A stretch of DNA of 56,494 nucleotides, the filler included, from Sanchytrium tribonematis (Eukaryota), in the NCBI GenBank assembly GCA_018985235.1. It is 4 parts of 4 records of this genome, joined end to end, with 100 filler letters (N's around TTAATTAATTAA, not from the genome) between each part and the next. Parts side by side here need not be neighbours in the genome. Positions count along the whole stretch, not along the records: positions 1 to 14,102 come from JADGIG010000175.1; positions 14,203 to 28,293 come from JADGIG010000176.1; 2 more parts are not named here. One strand, given 5' to 3'. The notes beneath the pieces are model-generated. The model was not told the origin of the DNA. It did no database searches and saw only the letters and a program-made list of their open reading frames with translations. Positions within the stretch are counted from its first letter, which is position 1. Each line of letters opens with the position of its first letter. The position numbers and the translations under genes were made by a program. Of the stretch, positions 10,811 to 21,785 are shown piece by piece.

Positions 10811-12150
10811 TTGTTTCCCAATTTACAAACAATCATGAGAGGTCAAAAGACTAACGATACGCCGAAAAGAAGAGCCTCACAAGCTGCAGCAGCTAAAAAG
10901 AAGAAAGTTGCTGAGAAACCCAAAACAATTGATGAGCTAACGCCGTTTCATATTTATAAACTTGTATTTAGAACATGTGAAGAATATGAAGTTGGGGAAG
11001 GTGAGGAAGGCCTCGATATTTGTATAATGTGTGAACTGGACCTTGAAATGGAAGATCCGTATGACTTTCTTCCTAATAGCAGTGGATATTCTAATCCGGT
11101 AAAGCATTTTAAAATACACAAAAATTATCAAGAATTTTTGACACAGCAATATTCATTGCATTACCCCGGAGTTCAAATTTTAGAAGAAATGGTAAATGTT
11201 AGCAAAGCAATTAAAGTGAAAGAATTGGTATTGGGTATTGCAAGAGAGGTTGTAAAAAGTATTGTAGCAATGCTGCCACTCAAGTTTGGCTTAATACGGG
11301 ATGGTTGGTCACATCAAAACAACCATTTCATAGGTATTTATGTTAACTTTTTGAAGCAAGTGGACAACAAACCAGTTTTTCTAGGATTAGTAGAATTTGA
11401 AGATAAAGAAGCTTTTACTGCAGATGAGCATATTGCGGCTATTGAAAAAGTACTGAAAAGCTATAATAGGAATTGGAAGAATGTGCTTTTCATGACAACC
11501 GATAATCCTAATGTTAATCGTTCTATTGCAGATAAAATGAAACTAAACATGATTGCTTGAATGAGTTACAGGCTCAAACTTGCAGTAGATTTGGAACTAG
11601 CAGATGGAAATCATATAATTGGTATTGCCAAAGTATTGGAATTAATGAAACTGTTGAAAACTCCAAAAGGTGCTGAACTTTTGAAGAACTACACTAAAAG
11701 TGTTGCATTGGTGTATAATCAGACCAGGTGGGAGGGAAAATATCGAATGTGCAAGCGCTTCTTAGAATTTTATGACACAAGTTTTAAAGATAGCATGTCA
11801 GAATTGGAGACCAATACCGTATCTGAGATGGAATTGGATACCAATTCTTTTGATGGAATTTTAGAAATGCACTCTTTATTGAATGATAATTGCTCAGAAG
11901 ATGAGGATTATGAACCGCTTGAGGAAGAAATGGACTTGGATGAGAGTACAATTGGTACAAAAGTAAATGACATTTTGGAGGGAATGGTAATTGTAGACAT
12001 TATAAAGACGTATGAAGTATTGAAAGAATTTCGCATAGTATCGATGGAGCTTCAAGCCAATGATACGAAAATGTGCTACGCTTTATCCTTATTTCATCAT
12101 TTGTCTTGTCAATATCCGCATGCAATACCTTTAAAAACAGATTATCCAGA
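10811..12150 (+). mobile_element. Decayed hAT-superfamily transposase (stop at 11558, 3' truncated)
   Basis: DGWS, TTDN, degraded CxxH region (A*MSYRLKLAV), QTRW motifs. Confidence 0.75.
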
Positions 12151-12187
12151 GATTAACTCACATTGTGTGCAAATATTTTTTGACACA

Positions 12188-13057
12188 ATGTTATTGTATT
12201 TAATTGCTGCTTTCAAAATCATCAGAAATAAAAGAAAGTACAATTCAGACTGCTATGAAAATCATTTATTAACAATGAATGACGATGAATTTCAAGAGCA
12301 TATGCGAATCCCGCCTAGTGCGTTTAATTACAATTTGAATGCAATTCGTCAAGATCGGGTGATGAGAATTGACGCCAGAAAGGCCATATATATATTTTTA
12401 TGGCATATTGCTACTGGTGAAAATTATAGACCTATGGGACAGCGATTTGGATTTGCAAAAGGATCAATTTTTTTGATTGTATTAAGAATGGCAAAACTGA
12501 TTCAAATCTATTCTATGAAATCACAGTGACTGTAAATTTAGAGACATTACAACAACAAGAAAGTGCATTTCATGCAAGATATGGTGTTGAACAATGTAGT
12601 AGCTGCAATGGACGGCACATTAATTAAAATAAGAAAGCCAGTTAAATTTGGTGAGAGGTATTACAGAGGTTACAAAAAGGGTTATGGTATTAATACGTTA
12701 GCCATATGTGACTATGATAGTAAAATATGGTATATCAATGCTAGATATCCGTCTTCTGTAGATGACAGTAGTATATCTAAAAGTACTTCTTTGTGTCAAG
12801 CAATCAAAGACATCTGGATTGTGTTTAGTATCGATAGAATAATTTTGGTGGATAGTGCATTTGAAAGGGAGGAGTTTATTCTAAAAACAGGTGGAGACAT
12901 ATCCGGAAGTGCCAAAACGGTCGTAGAACAGACCTTCGTGCAATTTATATCAAAATTTAGATTGTTTGATAACACAATGGATACGGTTGTGAAGCATATT
13001 TCGTTGCTATTAACTGCCTCAGTTATCGTTTACAATATCAATAAAAATTTCTTATAA
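12188..13057 (+). mobile_element. Decayed PIF/Harbinger DDE transposase
   Basis: DDEFQEHMRI, FLWHIATGENYR..FG, AMDGTLIKIRKP, AICDY, VDSAF, VEQTF; in-frame stops at 12527-12541. Confidence 0.8.
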
Positions 13058-13334
13058 TAAAATTTCTATAATATCTTTGATATGCAGTTCCATTTTCATT
13101 AATTCTACCAAATATTTGCTAACACTAGATTATTTTGGTGCCTACGTGGCTGGCTTAGCTCAGACGGGAAGAAAAGGGGAAGGTCTTGGGCTCAAGTCTT
13201 CTCAATTGCGGGTCCATCATTATGGAAGAGGGATGTCGCCAGGTCTGATCCGCCAGGTCAATTCTCCGCTGATCACCGGAGTACAATGAAGCAAATGCAG
13301 AGGCTCAAAGAGATGTTTCTTTGCTTATTAGTAT

Positions 13335-13919
13335 TTAATGACTATATTGATTTCTAATCATCCAACAAAAATTTAGCATTGGCTTTAATCTCTTCAATTT
13401 CCTGCTGTGTTTTGTTTTACCAATCACTAGTTTCATTGCCTCAATTTGAAGTTTCTTTTTATGAAGACTAGCTTGTACACTGGATTGGTCCACTGCTTGA
13501 GTTTTGCTTTTGACATATTCCGACATCGATTCTGCCATCAACATCGAAGCGGATAGTCTAGATTTTTTAGCTGGACCATTGCAATCATCGTTTTCATTGA
13601 GTTCTAATGCATCTGGATGTGGAGGTGGCAACATGACGGTTTCTTCACTTGAATGTTGCTTTACTAGTTTTAACATCATATTTTTTTCTCGTGTTATGGA
13701 TGATTCTGGCATATTCATCGTGTTGGTAAACGAATCATAATTTGCCAATGGTTTGATTGATGGATTTTTTGATGAAATCAAAACAGCTATTTTGTTTTCT
13801 CCAAAAATTACTGGTCTTTCTCCACCACCAGTATGTGTGTTGTCTACTCTGATCTGTGCTCTGTACAGTTTCTTTATTATTCTAGTATTGAAATTTAAAC
13901 ATGGGGAATAAGCATCCAA
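13335..13919 (-). mobile_element. Probable Harbinger accessory Myb/SANT-like protein, truncated
   Basis: Converges on the transposase; THTGGG motif and C-terminal coiled coil typical of Harbinger ORF2. Confidence 0.45.
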
Positions 13920-13943
13920 AAAGAGAAGAAATAGACTGAGTGC

Positions 13944-14102
13944 TTGAGAAAAACAACCAAGATAGTATCTTATGCAAGCAAATTTTCAACCCTATTTGGT
14001 AAGGAAACCACTAGCCGGGTTAAAATTCGCCATCACATTCGGACAGAAGTCATCAAACCTGTCAGAGCAGGAATTCCTAGACTAAGTCAAACCGAAATTG
14101 GC
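13944..14102 (+). mobile_element. Ty3/Gypsy pol fragment (region preceding RT)
   Basis: FSTLF...IRHHIRTEVIKPVRAGIPRLSQTEI matches the HxIxT...P....RLS..E pattern; cut by the contig end. Confidence 0.5.
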
Positions 14103-14202
14103 NNNNNNNNNNNNNNNNNNNNNNNNNNNNNNNNNNNNNNNNNNNNTTAATTAATTAANNNNNNNNNNNNNNNNNNNNNNNNNNNNNNNNNNNNNNNNNN
14201 NN
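14103..14202. other. Artificial contig spacer
   Basis: N44-TTAATTAATTAA-N44, stops in all six frames. Confidence 0.97.
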
Positions 14203-14922
14203 ATGGCATCTATATCCACAGCACATTATTCTTTATTTCGTCCATTTTTATTAAAACAATATGCCAAAATTTACAATGCAGATTGTCAAGAAGCAGATTT
14301 TAAAGCACCCAATTTCAAAGATTTCTTCACTAGATCTAGATGTCATCCCATTGTACTCCAAAATGGATTTGTGTCGCCGTGTGATGGTGTTTTGGCATTT
14401 AAAGCAACTTGTGAAATTGGGGATGATTTGGGATCTGGGATTAATCTCAAGGAAATATTAAAATGTGATTTAAAGGATGCTTTATATGACGTGTATATCT
14501 TGTATTTAGCACCTGGTGATTATCACAGATTTCACGCACCAAATCATTGCAAATTCACCAAATTGACTCATTTTCATGGCCCATTAAAGCCAATTGCGCC
14601 ATGGTACTACCAATATAGCAATAAACCATTCTCACACAATGAAAGAGTCATTTTATCAGGAGAATCAGAAAATGGCAAAATATTTTATTCTGCGATTGGG
14701 GCTTTGCATGTTGGTAGCATTGAGTTAAATCAAGTCAATTTACAAACTAATCTAAATAATATCCACAAGACATATGATATTGACCCTTTAGAATACCAAA
14801 AAGGAGAAGAAATTGGAAGATTTAATTTGGGAAGTTGTTTGGTGGTAGCAAAAGAGAGCAAAGAGAGTGAGAAATACTTTGAGAATATGAATAGAGTAGT
14901 GCGAATTGGTGAAACTCTTTGA
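14203..14922 (+). CDS. PSD1: Phosphatidylserine decarboxylase (possibly 5' partial)
   Basis: FFTR, SPCDG, YLAPGDYHRFHAP, NERV, FNLGS autocleavage motif. Confidence 0.88.
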   Translation: MASISTAHYSLFRPFLLKQYAKIYNADCQEADFKAPNFKDFFTRSRCHPIVLQNGFVSPCDGVLAFKATCEIGDDLGSGINLKEILKCDLKDALYDVYILYLAPGDYHRFHAPNHCKFTKLTHFHGPLKPIAPWYYQYSNKPFSHNERVILSGESENGKIFYSAIGALHVGSIELNQVNLQTNLNNIHKTYDIDPLEYQKGEEIGRFNLGSCLVVAKESKESEKYFENMNRVVRIGETL

Positions 14923-15004
14923 TTGATATTGTTAAGAGTGTAAAAATATTAGATTTTAGAAATAAAAAGAGTTGGCTCTTGAAATTACAAATATTTACTT
15001 TTGA

Positions 15005-15295
15005 TCATTCTTTTGACAAAACAGCCTCTTCATAACTCGGTGGCATTGTTTTCATTTCATTATCCTGATTATTTCCTTTCTTTTGTGCATTTTCTCGATT
15101 TCTCTCTTTTTCCAAAGCAATAACGACTTGATTCCGTATAAAACCAGATGAAGTTCTTGGTTGGTATCTAGACTGTGGAGAAATACGCGGATTGACACAA
15201 TAAAATACAATCCATAATAGAAAACAGACTAGTGAAAAGGATCCATTCAAGAATCCACCCAAAAATGCCAATAAAAACCCAAAAACAATGAACAT
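15005..15295 (-). CDS. Small membrane protein with a PY motif
   Basis: Hydrophobic N-terminus and C-terminal PPSYEEA (WW-domain ligand). Confidence 0.55.
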   Translation of the reverse strand: MFIVFGFLLAFLGGFLNGSFSLVCFLLWIVFYCVNPRISPQSRYQPRTSSGFIRNQVVIALEKERNRENAQKKGNNQDNEMKTMPPSYEEAVLSKE

Positions 15296-15341
15296 GCTTC
15301 ATGTGTGGCTTGTATTTTCAAGCTGTTTCATATTAAATTTA

Positions 15342-16161
15342 CTAATTAGAGAATCTGTTTATCATAAATGCAATCAATGCAAGAAATATAATCAACAATA
15401 TAAATGTACACATGAATCTGTCACCCGTCATGACCTAAATGAATATAATTTACAGAATCTACCGCAATTTTTAATTTTACATTGATATTGTCTACTTTGT
15501 TTTGGGCCCGATCCACTTTATTATCGACTTCTGTCAGCATCACATTTTGTTTCTCAATTTCACCTTGCATGTCCATCGCCAATGCTTTTAAATTTTTGAC
15601 GCCGTGAGACATTTCATTCACATCTTCATCTAAAGCCAATTGATTTTTAGCAATTTCTTCAAAATCAGGTGTTAATTCAATATCTGGTAATGTCCCATTG
15701 CCTTGGTTCTCTTTATTTGTCACAGAAGCAGAAGATTGCTCTAATAATTGAACCTTGTTAGATTTGACCTTGTCATCAAATCTAGACTTGTCCTGCTCTG
15801 TAATATCTTTAGAATGCTCTAAACAAAGTGAAATAATTTCCTTTTTTTGTTTAATTCTATCCAATTCCGCATCAGTCAATTTTTTATTTTTCTCTTCTTT
15901 TTCTACAGAAGTTCTCATATCTACAATATCCATATCCATTTGTTTAATAATGGTTCTGATTTCTGCACTTAATTTGGCTGTTTGGATGGGATCTTTTGTC
16001 TCATTTCTTTGTTTGATTAATGCTCTGGCTTTTTTACTAGCTTGTCCAACTTGTCTCTTTTTGACTGTGAATAGATCTATTTCTTTCTTTTCTTTCTCTT
16101 TAGGTGCTAGATCCTCGTGTATCTTTTGTAGAATTGAATATGCTTCTTTAAAGGTGGCCAT
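15342..16161 (-). CDS. Qc-type SNARE/syntaxin (intron 15435-15453)
   Basis: SNARE motif LKALAMDMQGEIEKQNVML; splicing adds the C-terminal TM anchor FMCTFILLIIFLALIAFMI. Confidence 0.85.
15435..15453 (-). other. 19-nt spliceosomal intron
   Basis: gtaaattatattcatttag; removal restores the TM anchor. Confidence 0.9.
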
Positions 16162-16458
16162 GAAATTCTAGTTTTTTGTGTTTCAAATAGTCACGTCCAT
16201 TTATTCACTTTATCGAATCAATTAAGAAGAAGAGCGTACTTGCTAGACATAATTGGAATTCTAAAGAGCAAACGAAAGTTGATAACTTCCCATTAACATG
16301 TTTTGAGGAGCATCAATTTATTTTTCAAACAACTCAAATGTTATTTCACTTTCTTCATTTAGACTACTTCAATCTCAAATGATGCCATGTCCTCACTAGT
16401 CACCGCATTCTACTCCATCCCACTATTTTCAACTCTGTGGCTTGTCAAATTTTAAAAA

Positions 16459-18681
16459 ATGAAATTAGAAACATTCTACGACAGAAGTAAACACGTCCTC
16501 ACCCATTTCAATCAAATAGCAACGATATCCTACTTTATAACCTATGTAGAAAATAAAATGTCAAATACTCCTGGCCCTATTCCCCACACTTCTGAGAAAT
16601 TAGAAGCTCCAGGTCCTCTCTACATCTTCGCATCTCCAATTCATTTAATAACAGGTAAACCAGACCCAGTGAGTGTATTATGGTCACTAGTACGCACTGG
16701 TGACGCGCTATGTATTTTATTAAACTTTTTACTCCCTTCAGACAGACAAATAGACACCAAATCATTTGAGAAATCCCTTAAAATACAAAATCAAAGTCAT
16801 TGCAAATCCCAATTATATTACGCATTACTCTCCAGCAAGAATTATCTATATTTAAGCGATAAAGAACTATTTACGATTACAGATGTGTATAGGGAAGAAT
16901 TAGAAGGATATAACAAGATCATAGACTATTTAGAAGTCATATTAAATAGATTAATTGAAAAGAAAGTCATCAAATTAGAAAATGTAGAATTGAAACCAAA
17001 AATAAGATTAGATGGAAATTTAAAGAAAATATTCAATGAAATCATTCAAACTGAAAAGAAATATGTCAAGGATATTGAAAAACTATGGCATTATAGTCAA
17101 TATGTCGCACAACACGCTCTCATTAAATCTCAGGCTCATAAACATCTTTTCAGCAATTTAGAAGTTTTGTGTGAATTTGTGCGTCAATTTGGGATCTGTA
17201 TAGAGTGTTTAATAGATCAAGACACCCACTCCATGCGCATAGGTGCTTTATTTATCCAATTGGAAGAATCATTTGGATGTTATGACACATTTTGCTCCAA
17301 TTTCAATAATGCACTGGAAGTCGTCAATGTTGAGAAATCATTACTTTCAGGTGCAAATCATTTAATAGAGTGTAATTATGACTTACAATCTTATTTAATT
17401 AAGCCCATTCAGCGTATATGCAAGTATCCACTCCTTTTATTCGAAATCATCAAAATTTGTAAATTAGAATCTGAGGATCCTATATTGATAGAATTAAATT
17501 CAGGACTCAAAAGCATTAAAAAGGCTGCAAATCGAGTGAATGAAACTCGTAGAAGACTAGAAAACTCAATGAAAAAAGAAGAATTATCAAATCGAGTCGA
17601 GAATTTCAAAGATGAAGATTATGGCGAATTACAAATACAAGATCATTTCTTAGTGATTGTCAATGAAGCAGAGAAAGCCCTGAGTGTCTATTTATTCGAT
17701 AAAATCATTTTATGTCTCAAAGAAGAAGGGAGTCTTTTCAAGTTTAATAAATCACAAAAATCACAATTGACCATCAAAGGCAAGATCTGGATGACAAATG
17801 TGACTGGATATAAAGATATCTCTTTCAGAGATGACTTGATGCTCAAAGTATTTTGGAAAACAGATGAAATTATAGAATCATTTACTTTAAAATGCAGAAA
17901 TGTAGAACAGTTAAATCTATGGATGACCAGAATAGGTGCTTGTTATAATAAAATGAAGGAAAGAGCACGTAAAACATCCACCATATCCAAATCACAGATC
18001 CAAAATGATTTTACGACACCTGTGACTCCAAAAACGGACAAACCACCTCGTCCACTGCCTCCTAAATTGCGTATGACTGAAATAAATACAAAGTCGTACC
18101 TCGAAGACATTGCAGAAGACTCAAATGGGGATTTACCAGGAAATGGACGCAAATCATCATTAAAATTTGCGAGTCAGATGCCGAATCCTGTTCCTCAATA
18201 TATGGCACCCCCACCTTATCATCACAATCATGTTATTGCAAATGAAGGTATTTTAAAAGAAGAGAAAAAGATGTCTCTCAAACCTGCTCCTCCGCGTCCG
18301 GCTCCTCCAAATTTAAGTCTTCATTTGAGTCAAACCGTGTCTCCTAGTGATATTCCAGAGACACCAAAGATACAAATGACATATGAACAGCCTAGAAAAG
18401 CACCAGAACCACCCAAATCAAAGAAATCACCAATAAATGTGAAAATTCACCTTGGGAATGAAATATACGCATTATCCATTGCAGAAAGAAAGATATCGTA
18501 TGCTGATTTATATACACGAATACAAACAAAGACATTGGTGCCAGGAATGTTTAAAATCAAGTATTTTCAAAATGATGGAAGATCTATCATTATTATGAAT
18601 GATATGGATGTCTATAATGCAATTATATTTGGAGAGAATCGAGATGACAAGACCTTAAATCTATTTATCATGACGAATTAA
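16459..18681 (+). CDS. CDC24: Cdc24/Scd1-like RhoGEF (CH-DH-PH-PB1)
   Basis: DPVSVLW..G..LC (CH), TEKKYVKD and LIKPIQRICKYPLLL (DH), YLFDKIILC (PH), C-terminal PB1. Confidence 0.88.
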   Translation: MKLETFYDRSKHVLTHFNQIATISYFITYVENKMSNTPGPIPHTSEKLEAPGPLYIFASPIHLITGKPDPVSVLWSLVRTGDALCILLNFLLPSDRQIDTKSFEKSLKIQNQSHCKSQLYYALLSSKNYLYLSDKELFTITDVYREELEGYNKIIDYLEVILNRLIEKKVIKLENVELKPKIRLDGNLKKIFNEIIQTEKKYVKDIEKLWHYSQYVAQHALIKSQAHKHLFSNLEVLCEFVRQFGICIECLIDQDTHSMRIGALFIQLEESFGCYDTFCSNFNNALEVVNVEKSLLSGANHLIECNYDLQSYLIKPIQRICKYPLLLFEIIKICKLESEDPILIELNSGLKSIKKAANRVNETRRRLENSMKKEELSNRVENFKDEDYGELQIQDHFLVIVNEAEKALSVYLFDKIILCLKEEGSLFKFNKSQKSQLTIKGKIWMTNVTGYKDISFRDDLMLKVFWKTDEIIESFTLKCRNVEQLNLWMTRIGACYNKMKERARKTSTISKSQIQNDFTTPVTPKTDKPPRPLPPKLRMTEINTKSYLEDIAEDSNGDLPGNGRKSSLKFASQMPNPVPQYMAPPPYHHNHVIANEGILKEEKKMSLKPAPPRPAPPNLSLHLSQTVSPSDIPETPKIQMTYEQPRKAPEPPKSKKSPINVKIHLGNEIYALSIAERKISYADLYTRIQTKTLVPGMFKIKYFQNDGRSIIIMNDMDVYNAIIFGENRDDKTLNLFIMTN

Positions 18682-18920
18682 AATAAAAATCTGTTTTTTT
18701 AAAACTTTAAAATCACGTGAAGATGTAGCCGATCTATTCCATCGAATTCCGAGGTTTTAATTTTTTAATAAGAGAATAATACGCTCTATAATCTGGATTA
18801 AAATGTACTTCATTTGATTCCTCTAGATTCGCGGATTATGCTAAATATAAAATTTCCTATGCTAGGTTACTGATAGGGCAGAAATATAGATCAAACATGT
18901 GTCTTTACTAGAAATAGGCC

Positions 18921-19202
18921 ATGAAGATCCCCGAATTACTTATTTACACCCCAGAAAAGAGTCCTCTCATCTGTGTTATTTGTAATAAGACCTTTGACTC
19001 GAAAAATACGAGAACCTTTAACCGTCACATCAAATCAGTGCATTCACCAAAAGAAAACTGTAAATATTGTTTAAAGAAGATAAAAGTATCCGGTAGACCA
19101 GATCATTTAAAAGGTCATTTATCACGTTGCCGTGTTTATTTAAGAGTCATGAGAGAATTGAAAGGACTTCGATCTGACTCACAGCGAATTGAGACACATT
19201 AA
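18921..19202 (+). CDS. Small zinc-finger protein (C2H2 + C2HC)
   Basis: CVIC..HIKSVH and CKYC..GRPDHLKGHLSRC. Confidence 0.75.
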   Translation: MKIPELLIYTPEKSPLICVICNKTFDSKNTRTFNRHIKSVHSPKENCKYCLKKIKVSGRPDHLKGHLSRCRVYLRVMRELKGLRSDSQRIETH

Positions 19203-19330
19203 TAAATGAACGTGTCATTTATTAGTTATTTGTAGTGATTTTCACAATCGAGTCTAATTAAAAGTCATATATGGGGCTCTATTCACGCACCAAAAATACA
19301 AAAAAAGCCATTTTTCAAGCCACTTTTTGA

Positions 19331-20017
19331 ATGTTGACAGAGCACCATTTCTTCCATATCTCCTTTGGTTTTGCACTGTTCTTATCCATCTGCAGTTTAT
19401 CAATCAATGGTATTAGCATCAAGAAGCACGGTACTACCAATTCTAACAAATGTTTGGTGATTTTGGATTTATTGATGATTTTGACTTGTTTAGTGGCACA
19501 ATTCAAAGATCGAACCATATTTCATGAAATCGCATTAACCTTTTACATTACTGGTTTGAACTTGTATCCATTTTTAAGAAATTATCATTTATTGTCACCA
19601 AAATTAAAACAAACAGGTTTCTCAGCATTTTTCATCACATTGGTGTCATTTAGCATTCTCGCAGGTGCAGATTATGGATATTTCACTCCAATGGTAGGAT
19701 TAACTGCTATTGTTTGCGGATTCATGTTCCCTTTTATGTTTAATGGTTGGTTATTGATTTCCGTAGAGCCAATGACAGATGCAATTGCAGAAATGGACAG
19801 TATTTTATCGCAATCCTTGGCTCAAGTTAGTTGGATCTGTTCATTTATCGTGTTTTTACTCACTTTGATTGTCACATTAGCACCAAAATTGCATATTTTG
19901 AATGATGCGCCATGCGGTTTATTGCCAATGTGTGCCATCTTCTTTGCGTTATCAGATTACTATAAATTGAAGTCAATTGCAGAAATTAAAGATGAGCAAC
20001 GTCAATTACTTGAATAA
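19331..20017 (+). CDS. Multi-pass membrane protein, unknown function
   Basis: 228 aa with about 6-7 hydrophobic segments. Confidence 0.55.
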   Translation: MLTEHHFFHISFGFALFLSICSLSINGISIKKHGTTNSNKCLVILDLLMILTCLVAQFKDRTIFHEIALTFYITGLNLYPFLRNYHLLSPKLKQTGFSAFFITLVSFSILAGADYGYFTPMVGLTAIVCGFMFPFMFNGWLLISVEPMTDAIAEMDSILSQSLAQVSWICSFIVFLLTLIVTLAPKLHILNDAPCGLLPMCAIFFALSDYYKLKSIAEIKDEQRQLLE

Positions 20018-20091
20018 ATCATTGACCAATCCAAATTTGCCCTCCTGTGTTTCTAAATGCTTCCTCATTGGTTTTTCTAGAGACGACGTAT

Positions 20092-21186
20092 ATGTTTTCA
20101 TTTTTCGTTTCCGCAACTGTTTTAATCAACGAATGGAATTCTACATTTGGTCCATTATTAGATGGAGCAGCAGTATCCCCAAGTGGAGATTTATGGTTTA
20201 CAGAATTACAAATTGCTAATTTGGATCGTAAACTCGAATTGCCTGGTTTTAATGGTAAATATCAATTCGCAGGTATGAAATGGATAGATTCTGAATCATT
20301 TTATGTCATTGAAGTCATTCAAAATATCATTTACAAATCTACAAACGGCATTTTTACCAAATTTTGCCAACATCCTGCTAAAGAGAATGGAATGAGCAAT
20401 GATTTAGTCATTTATAATGACATGATATTTATTACTGGCCAGAAATACACGCCTTATACGAGTATAGGAGATGGCATGTTATGGAAATGTGATTCAAATG
20501 GCAAATCTAGCATCATTGAGACATTAGGACGCACCAATGGCATCGCATTACATCCAAATAACAAGGATCTATTCATTTCAGAGGCATTCAACTCAAATAA
20601 TACTCCAATTATCAATAGAATTCACAAATATTCCATTATTGATAATGTCCCTCAAAACAGGCAATTGGTGGTTGATTTTGAAAAATTAGATCAATCTGGT
20701 GATACTGATATTGATGGCATGCGATTTGATGTTGAAAATAATCTTTATGTGACTAGAAATGGAAATGGTCAAATTGCCATTTTTGATGACAAAATGCGTT
20801 TAAAACAACATTTAAATGTTTCTTTTCAATATCCTACTAATTTGGAGATAGTACATAATCAATTGTATGTAGTCGGTCGTTGTAATGGCGCATTTAACAC
20901 TGGAAAAGGCTGTATTGATTATTTTGATGTTTCAATTGAAGGGGCAATTTACTCCAAATTAGTCACTCAGCAAATTGAAGTACCCTATTCTCCATATCTT
21001 GGCCTGATTATTGGATTAGCAGTGGGTTTATTCGCATTAATTCTCTTAGTCGTCGTATTTGTGCGAAAATCATTTCAATTTAGAAAACGCCAAAAACAAA
21101 GATCTACTGGATATCTGGAGAGTCCTGTTGATAATGAGGCTACTATGCTGCCATATGTACCTAAATTACACGACATAAGTAAATAA
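20092..21186 (+). CDS. SMP-30/gluconolactonase beta-propeller with C-terminal TM helix
   Basis: TNGIAL, DGMRFDVENNLYV, PTNL; start placed at the in-frame ATG 20092. Confidence 0.75.
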   Translation: MFSFFVSATVLINEWNSTFGPLLDGAAVSPSGDLWFTELQIANLDRKLELPGFNGKYQFAGMKWIDSESFYVIEVIQNIIYKSTNGIFTKFCQHPAKENGMSNDLVIYNDMIFITGQKYTPYTSIGDGMLWKCDSNGKSSIIETLGRTNGIALHPNNKDLFISEAFNSNNTPIINRIHKYSIIDNVPQNRQLVVDFEKLDQSGDTDIDGMRFDVENNLYVTRNGNGQIAIFDDKMRLKQHLNVSFQYPTNLEIVHNQLYVVGRCNGAFNTGKGCIDYFDVSIEGAIYSKLVTQQIEVPYSPYLGLIIGLAVGLFALILLVVVFVRKSFQFRKRQKQRSTGYLESPVDNEATMLPYVPKLHDISK

Positions 21187-21189
21187 TTT

Positions 21190-21456
21190 TTAAGATTTAC
21201 TCATTTGTACATATTTGTCAATCATTTGTTTTTTGTGTTCGCTCGTCATGCAAACAGGAAATGCCTTGCACCTATTGAAATGCGCTCTTAATGCATCTGG
21301 TCTTCCATAAGCTTTCAGCCGCTTAAAACAGAATTGACAATTGTATCGTACAGAGTGAACATTTCTTTCATGTCGTAAAAGTGTGCAGCTTCTGGAGAAG
21401 GATTTACTGCATTGATGGCATTTGAACATCGGATTCAACAGGATATGGATTTCCAT
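21190..21456 (-). CDS. Small zinc-finger protein, paralogue of 18921-19202
   Basis: CHQC..HERNVH and CQFC..GRPDALRAHFNRC. Confidence 0.78.
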   Translation of the reverse strand: MEIHILLNPMFKCHQCSKSFSRSCTLLRHERNVHSVRYNCQFCFKRLKAYGRPDALRAHFNRCKAFPVCMTSEHKKQMIDKYVQMSKS

Positions 21457-21785
21457 GGTAATTGTGGGGCGTATTTCGGTATTTATTCTGTTTTTCTAAA
21501 TCATTCAAAAACCAAAGGCGATTTGATTGGTGCTTTAATATCCTCAGAACCAATGAAATTTAGATCCTAATATCGGAACTCGAATGGCATAGACTGATCC
21601 TAAATGACTTGTGTCTTAGGGCCCTCATGGGGTTCCCTTGGGACAGGTCATTAATTAAAGTCATTTAGAGATCCTATTTTCAAAATTAGATGTTAAATTC
21701 GCAAATATTGCCATTCGCTGCCATTAATCAATAAATGTTATATTAATTGAAACCATCATTTACAAATCAAACTAATAAATCAAAT

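Noticed and set aside
11558..11560. In-frame TGA as recoding (Sec/Trp) or an intron
   Set aside because: Lies in a decayed transposase with other lesions; TGA ends ordinary genes here; no intron consensus
13148..13220. tRNA gene starting GCTGGCTTAGCTCAG
   Set aside because: No D-stem closure, T-loop or acceptor pairing
14103..14202. TTAATTAATTAA within N runs (three copies) as a repeat or piggyBac site
   Set aside because: Identical 100-nt six-frame-stop linker; a concatenation artefact
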